Below, in pieces: positions 59,776-64,000 of a stretch of DNA of 64,000 nucleotides. This DNA comes from an uncultured Bacilli bacterium (GTDB lineage Bacteria; Bacillota_I; Bacilli_A; RF39; UBA660): positions 17,871 to 81,870 of the forward strand of contig CAKOIE010000001.1 of NCBI GenBank assembly GCA_934086395.1, written 5' to 3'. Both the position numbers and the translations under genes were made by a program. Below the pieces are notes generated by a model that saw only the letters and a program-made list of their open reading frames with translations, ran no database searches and was not told where the DNA came from. The stretch's first letter is position 1. The number at the start of each line of letters is the position of its first letter.

Positions 59776-62700
59776 ATGGATTTTTTAGATAAAATATTTG
59801 ATGAATTTAATAGTAATTCTATTTCAGGATTAACTGATGAATTAAAGGGATTATATATTAAATATCTAAGTTATAAATTTAATAAAAATGTAATTGTTGT
59901 AACTAATTCATTATATCAGGCAACTAATTATTATAATTTAATCAATAACTATTTTGATAATAGTTACTTTTTTCCTATGGATGATTTTATAACTACCGTT
60001 CTTACAACTTCTTCTCCTGATTTAATGGTTAAAAGATTAGAAACTTTGTCTTTAATAAGTAAAAATAATGAAAATAAGATTCTTGTTACTAATTTAGAAG
60101 GATTTTTAAAGTTTGTTCCTAAAAAAGATAATATTGTAAATCAGGATATTGTTATTAAAATAAATGATAATTTTAAACGTACTGATTTAGAAGATAAATT
60201 ATTTCAATATGGTTATAATAAGACAAGTATAGTTACTTCAACTGGAGAATATTCTGTTAGAGGTTTTATAATTGATTTATTTCCGTATAATTATGATAAA
60301 CCAATAAGAATTGAATTTTTTGGTGATGAAATAGATAGTATTAAAAAGTTTGATGAAGAATCTCAGCTATCCACCGAAAATATTAGTGATGTTACCATTA
60401 AACCTTATAAGGAAAATGATTTAGAATCTGACTCAACTTTATATGATATTTTAGACAATCCGATAGTTGTTAAGATAGATTCTGATAATATTAAGAAATC
60501 TTATCTTGAATTACAAAACCAAATTCTTGAGTATAAAGAATCTAATAATATTGATATTAATCATAAATATATGGCAAATTTAGAAGATATTTATATTAAA
60601 GATGAATATGAACTTAATAATTTTGATAATAGTAAAAGTTTGAAGGTTAATTCTCAATCAATAGATAATTTTAATTCTAATTTGGAAAATTTACAATTTT
60701 TTATTAATCATCGTAAAAATAGTATGATTACATTTCTGGCAATAAAATCTAAGGGATTAAAAGAAACTTTAAGTAATTTATTTGATGTAAGTATTGATAA
60801 AAATTATTTCCCGGGAAATATTTATTTTTTAGATTATAAGATAAATCATGGTTTTGTATTTGATAAATATATTGTTATTTCAGAAAATGATATTGTTGGA
60901 AGTAATTTTAGTGCTTCTTATTATAATCCGATTAAGATAGGTCGTAAGATTAAGGATTTTAGTGATATTAAACCGGGAGATTATGTTGTTCATAGGGCAC
61001 ATGGTATCGGTATTTATGGTGGTGTAGTTAATTTAGTTAAAAATGGTTTTAATAAAGACTATATTGTTATAAAGTATGCTGGTAATGACAAGGTATATAT
61101 TCCTGTTGAAAAGATTAGTTCTATTTATAAATATGCTGATGCCGGTAGTGGAAATCAAAAAATTAATTCTTTAAATTCTTTATCTTGGGCTAAAGCTAAA
61201 AGAAAGGTTCAAAGTAAAATTAAAGATATTTCTGATGAGTTAATTAAACTTTATTCGGAAAGAAAGAAGATTACTAGTCCGGTATTTAAAGAGATGCCTG
61301 AAGAAGTCATGTTTGCTAGTGATTTTGAATATGTAGAGACTTCTGATCAGTTAAGATGTATTAATGAAGTATTAAATGATTTGGCAAGTAAGAAACCAAT
61401 GGATAGATTGCTTTGTGGTGATGTAGGTTTTGGTAAGACTGAAGTTGCATTTAGAGGAATTTTTAGAACTGTTACTAATGGATATCAAGCAGCTTATTTA
61501 TGTCCGACTACTATTTTATCTAAACAACAATATGAAAATGCTTTAAAAAGATTTAGAAATTTTCCGATTAGAATTGAAATTGTTAATAGATTTACAACTG
61601 CCAATGATTTCAAAAGAATTACTAAGGATTTGGAAGATGGTAAAGTAGATATTTTATTTGGAACTCATAAATTATTTAATGAAAATATAAAATTTAAAAA
61701 ATTAGGACTTCTTGTTGTTGATGAGGAACAACGATTTGGTGTTAGTCAAAAAGAAAAAATTAAAGAAATGTGTACAAGCATTAATGTATTAACTTTATCT
61801 GCAACACCTATTCCTAGAACTTTGAAAATGGCAATGAGTGGACTTAGAGATTTATCAATTTTAGATACTGCACCTGTGGATAGATATCCAATTCAAACTT
61901 ATGTGGCTCAAGATAATGATTTCTTGGTTAAAGAGGCTATTTATAAAGAATTAAGTCGAAGGGGACAAGTTTACTACTTATTTAATAATGTTGAAAAGAT
62001 AGAAGATGAATTAAATAAATTACAGGGAATGGTTCCGGAAGCACGTATTTGTTTTGCTCATGGTAAGATGGATAAATCTCATTTGGAAAAGATAATTGAC
62101 GATTTTGTTAACTATAAATTTGATATTTTAGTTTGTACGACAATAATTGAAACTGGTATAGATATATCGAACGTTAATACATTGATAATAAAAGATGTTC
62201 AAAACTTTGGATTAAGTCAGTTATATCAAATTCGTGGTAGAGTTGGAAGAACAAATAAGATTGCTTATGCTTATTTACTTTATAATAATAGTAAAATTAT
62301 AAGTGAAGTTGCTGAAAAGAGATTGAATGCGATTAAAGAGTTTACTGAACTTGGTAGTGGTTATAAAATCGCTATGAGAGATTTATCTATTAGAGGTGCT
62401 GGAGATTTACTTGGTAGTGAACAGGCAGGATTCATAGAAACCGTTGGTATTGATTTATTTACTAAGATGGTGGAAGAGGCTGTATCTGAAATAAATGGTA
62501 ATCCGATTAAAGAAGATGACAGTGATAAATCATTGATTGATGTAAATACTCATATTGATGAAGATTATGTTCAAGATGAAAGTGTTAGAATTGAGATTCA
62601 CCAATTAATTAATTCAATTTCGGATAAGGAAAGTTTGTTAAGAGTTAAAAGTGAATTAGAGGATCGTTTTGGTAAATTGGATGAGAAAATAATTGTTTAT

Positions 62701-62976
62701 ATGTATGAAGAATGGTTTGAAAAATTAGCTATGAAATTAAACATTAATAAAGTTGTTCAAAATAAAAATTTTGTTGAATTATATATTCCTAGTGACATTT
62801 CTAATAAGGTTAATGGTGAAAAACTATTTATGGTTTTATATAGTATTAATCCTAAGTTAAGTTTAAGATACTTTAATAAAGAAATAATTATTAAACTTAA
62901 TTTAATTAATTTAGATAAGCATTATGTTTATTATTTAGTACCGTTTTTAGAAGAAATAATTAATGAGGTAGAATAA
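59776..62976 (+). CDS. mfd: Transcription-repair coupling factor
   Basis: 1066 aa. Contains the CarD-like GDYVVHRAHGIG, plus GDVGFGKTEVA, VDEEQRFGV and QIRGRVGR. Confidence 0.93.
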   Translation: MDFLDKIFDEFNSNSISGLTDELKGLYIKYLSYKFNKNVIVVTNSLYQATNYYNLINNYFDNSYFFPMDDFITTVLTTSSPDLMVKRLETLSLISKNNENKILVTNLEGFLKFVPKKDNIVNQDIVIKINDNFKRTDLEDKLFQYGYNKTSIVTSTGEYSVRGFIIDLFPYNYDKPIRIEFFGDEIDSIKKFDEESQLSTENISDVTIKPYKENDLESDSTLYDILDNPIVVKIDSDNIKKSYLELQNQILEYKESNNIDINHKYMANLEDIYIKDEYELNNFDNSKSLKVNSQSIDNFNSNLENLQFFINHRKNSMITFLAIKSKGLKETLSNLFDVSIDKNYFPGNIYFLDYKINHGFVFDKYIVISENDIVGSNFSASYYNPIKIGRKIKDFSDIKPGDYVVHRAHGIGIYGGVVNLVKNGFNKDYIVIKYAGNDKVYIPVEKISSIYKYADAGSGNQKINSLNSLSWAKAKRKVQSKIKDISDELIKLYSERKKITSPVFKEMPEEVMFASDFEYVETSDQLRCINEVLNDLASKKPMDRLLCGDVGFGKTEVAFRGIFRTVTNGYQAAYLCPTTILSKQQYENALKRFRNFPIRIEIVNRFTTANDFKRITKDLEDGKVDILFGTHKLFNENIKFKKLGLLVVDEEQRFGVSQKEKIKEMCTSINVLTLSATPIPRTLKMAMSGLRDLSILDTAPVDRYPIQTYVAQDNDFLVKEAIYKELSRRGQVYYLFNNVEKIEDELNKLQGMVPEARICFAHGKMDKSHLEKIIDDFVNYKFDILVCTTIIETGIDISNVNTLIIKDVQNFGLSQLYQIRGRVGRTNKIAYAYLLYNNSKIISEVAEKRLNAIKEFTELGSGYKIAMRDLSIRGAGDLLGSEQAGFIETVGIDLFTKMVEEAVSEINGNPIKEDDSDKSLIDVNTHIDEDYVQDESVRIEIHQLINSISDKESLLRVKSELEDRFGKLDEKIIVYMYEEWFEKLAMKLNINKVVQNKNFVELYIPSDISNKVNGEKLFMVLYSINPKLSLRYFNKEIIIKLNLINLDKHYVYYLVPFLEEIINEVE
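60806..60819. promoter_or_regulatory. NBS palindrome 5, inside mfd coding sequence
   Basis: ATTTCCCGGGAAAT is perfect, within AATTATTTCCCGGGAAATA. It encodes ..KNYFPGNIY... Confidence 0.6.
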
Positions 62977-63005
62977 AATTTTGAAATTATTGCAAACTAG
63001 TATTA

Positions 63006-63428
63006 GTGGTATATGTGAATAATGAATATGTAAGAAAAATAGATGAATTAGGTAGAATTGTTGTGCCTAAAGAATTAAGAAATAATCTTAAAATACAAGA
63101 TAACGAGAATGTACTTATAATGCAGAAAGATGATAATATTTGTATTTCTAAATATTCTTATTTGGAAAATTATAGTAAATTTTTAAATGATATTTGTACA
63201 CTTTTTAATTTGATATATGGATATGAGTTTGTGATTAAAGATAAAGATAATGTTATATATTCTAATTATAATAATATTATTAAAATTAGTTTAGATAGTT
63301 CTATTATTGTTAATTCGGTAAATATTGGAGTTATTTCTATTTATGGAGATAATGTTACTTTGACTGATGTGAAACTTATATCTGGTATTATTTCAATTTA
63401 TTTTACATATATAAATGTTAAAGGTTAG
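63006..63428 (+). CDS. spoVT: SpoVT/AbrB-family regulator (SpoVT-like)
   Basis: 140 aa with a GTG start. The AbrB swapped-hairpin N-terminus is VRKIDELGRIVVPKELRNNLKIQDNENV. The C-terminal part aligns loosely with the SpoVT GAF-like domain. Post-mfd position. Confidence 0.6.
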   Translation: MVYVNNEYVRKIDELGRIVVPKELRNNLKIQDNENVLIMQKDDNICISKYSYLENYSKFLNDICTLFNLIYGYEFVIKDKDNVIYSNYNNIIKISLDSSIIVNSVNIGVISIYGDNVTLTDVKLISGIISIYFTYINVKG

Positions 63429-63486
63429 GTAAATGTTTGTGTTTACCTTTTCTTTTGTGATATTATCTTGTTTGGGGAGATGTCTT

Positions 63487-64000
63487 ATGTTTACTGATAC
63501 TCATTGTCATATTTTATCTGATAAGTTTTATGATCCTATGAATGTGATTAATAATTTAGAAAGAGATAATATTCGAAGAATTATTATTAATGGATTTAAT
63601 ATTAAGTCTAATCGTGAAGTAATAGATTTAATTAATAATAAAAATGTTTATGGAGCACTTGGAATTTATCCTGATAATATATTAGATTTTAATGATGATG
63701 CTAAGGAATTTATTAATGAAAATATTAATAATAAAAAGATAATTGCAATTGGAGAAATTGGGTTAGATTATTTTCATAATAAAGAAAATAAAAAAGAACA
63801 ATTAGAAATGCTAGATTATTTTCTAGGGTTAGCTGAAAATAATAATTTGCCAGTGATAATACATTCTAGAGAAGCGACTGGAGATTTACTTGAATTATTA
63901 AAGAGACATAAATGTAAAGGAATTATACATTGTTTTTCTGGAAGTTTAGAGACGGCAAGAGAATACATCAAACTTGGGTATAAACTTGGAATTGGTGGTG
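63487..64000 (+). CDS. TatD-family metal-dependent hydrolase (3' end outside window)
   Basis: Hand translation: MFTDTHCHILSD..., AIGEIGLDYF, PVIIHSREA, GIIHCFSGS. Open to the window end. Confidence 0.8.
   Translation, partial: MFTDTHCHILSDKFYDPMNVINNLERDNIRRIIINGFNIKSNREVIDLINNKNVYGALGIYPDNILDFNDDAKEFINENINNKKIIAIGEIGLDYFHNKENKKEQLEMLDYFLGLAENNNLPVIIHSREATGDLLELLKRHKCKGIIHCFSGSLETAREYIKLGYKLGIGG

Overview
All calls below were made by eye from the ORF track and my own reading of both strands; no searches were run. This is a very AT-rich Bacillota (Firmicutes) chromosome segment centred on the replication origin. The standard genetic code applies: TGA is used as a stop and the long ORFs are intact. 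On the minus strand the conserved backbone runs rpmH-rnpA-yidC-jag-(orf)-mnmE-mnmG-rsmG. DnaA-box clusters lie on both sides of dnaA. On the plus strand the order is dnaA-dnaN-(comK-like)-recF-gyrB-gyrA, a 1.65-kb gene-free repeat array, a small SRP RNA, then tadA-dnaX-ybaB-recR-(bofA-like)-holB-ricT-(MTase)-pth-mfd-(spoVT-like)-tatD. The interval 10-32 kb on the minus strand holds housekeeping and sporulation genes: recG, PFOR, spoIID, an M23/SpoIIQ-like gene, rpiB, rpmE, metK with an S-box riboswitch, murA, mntP, spoIIR, prmC, prfA and rpoE. It also holds two tandem gene duplications. The left 10 kb looks accessory. It carries a frameshifted ORF, a LlaJI-type restriction-modification operon (a fused double m5C methyltransferase plus McrB-like and McrC-like subunits), and a two-gene cassette. 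That cassette encodes a miniature, degenerate Pol III alpha/PolC-like protein and a DnaA-domain-III-only AAA+ protein, preceded by TTAGGCGA direct repeats. The most striking signal is the gap between gyrA and SRP RNA. It holds eight consensus parS sites interleaved with four perfect Noc-binding-site palindromes inside higher-order repeats, bracketed by identical DnaA-box-like 16-mers. The only ParB-family gene in the window looks Noc-type, carries a ~170-aa Pro/Glu-rich insert, and is not followed by soj-spo0J.
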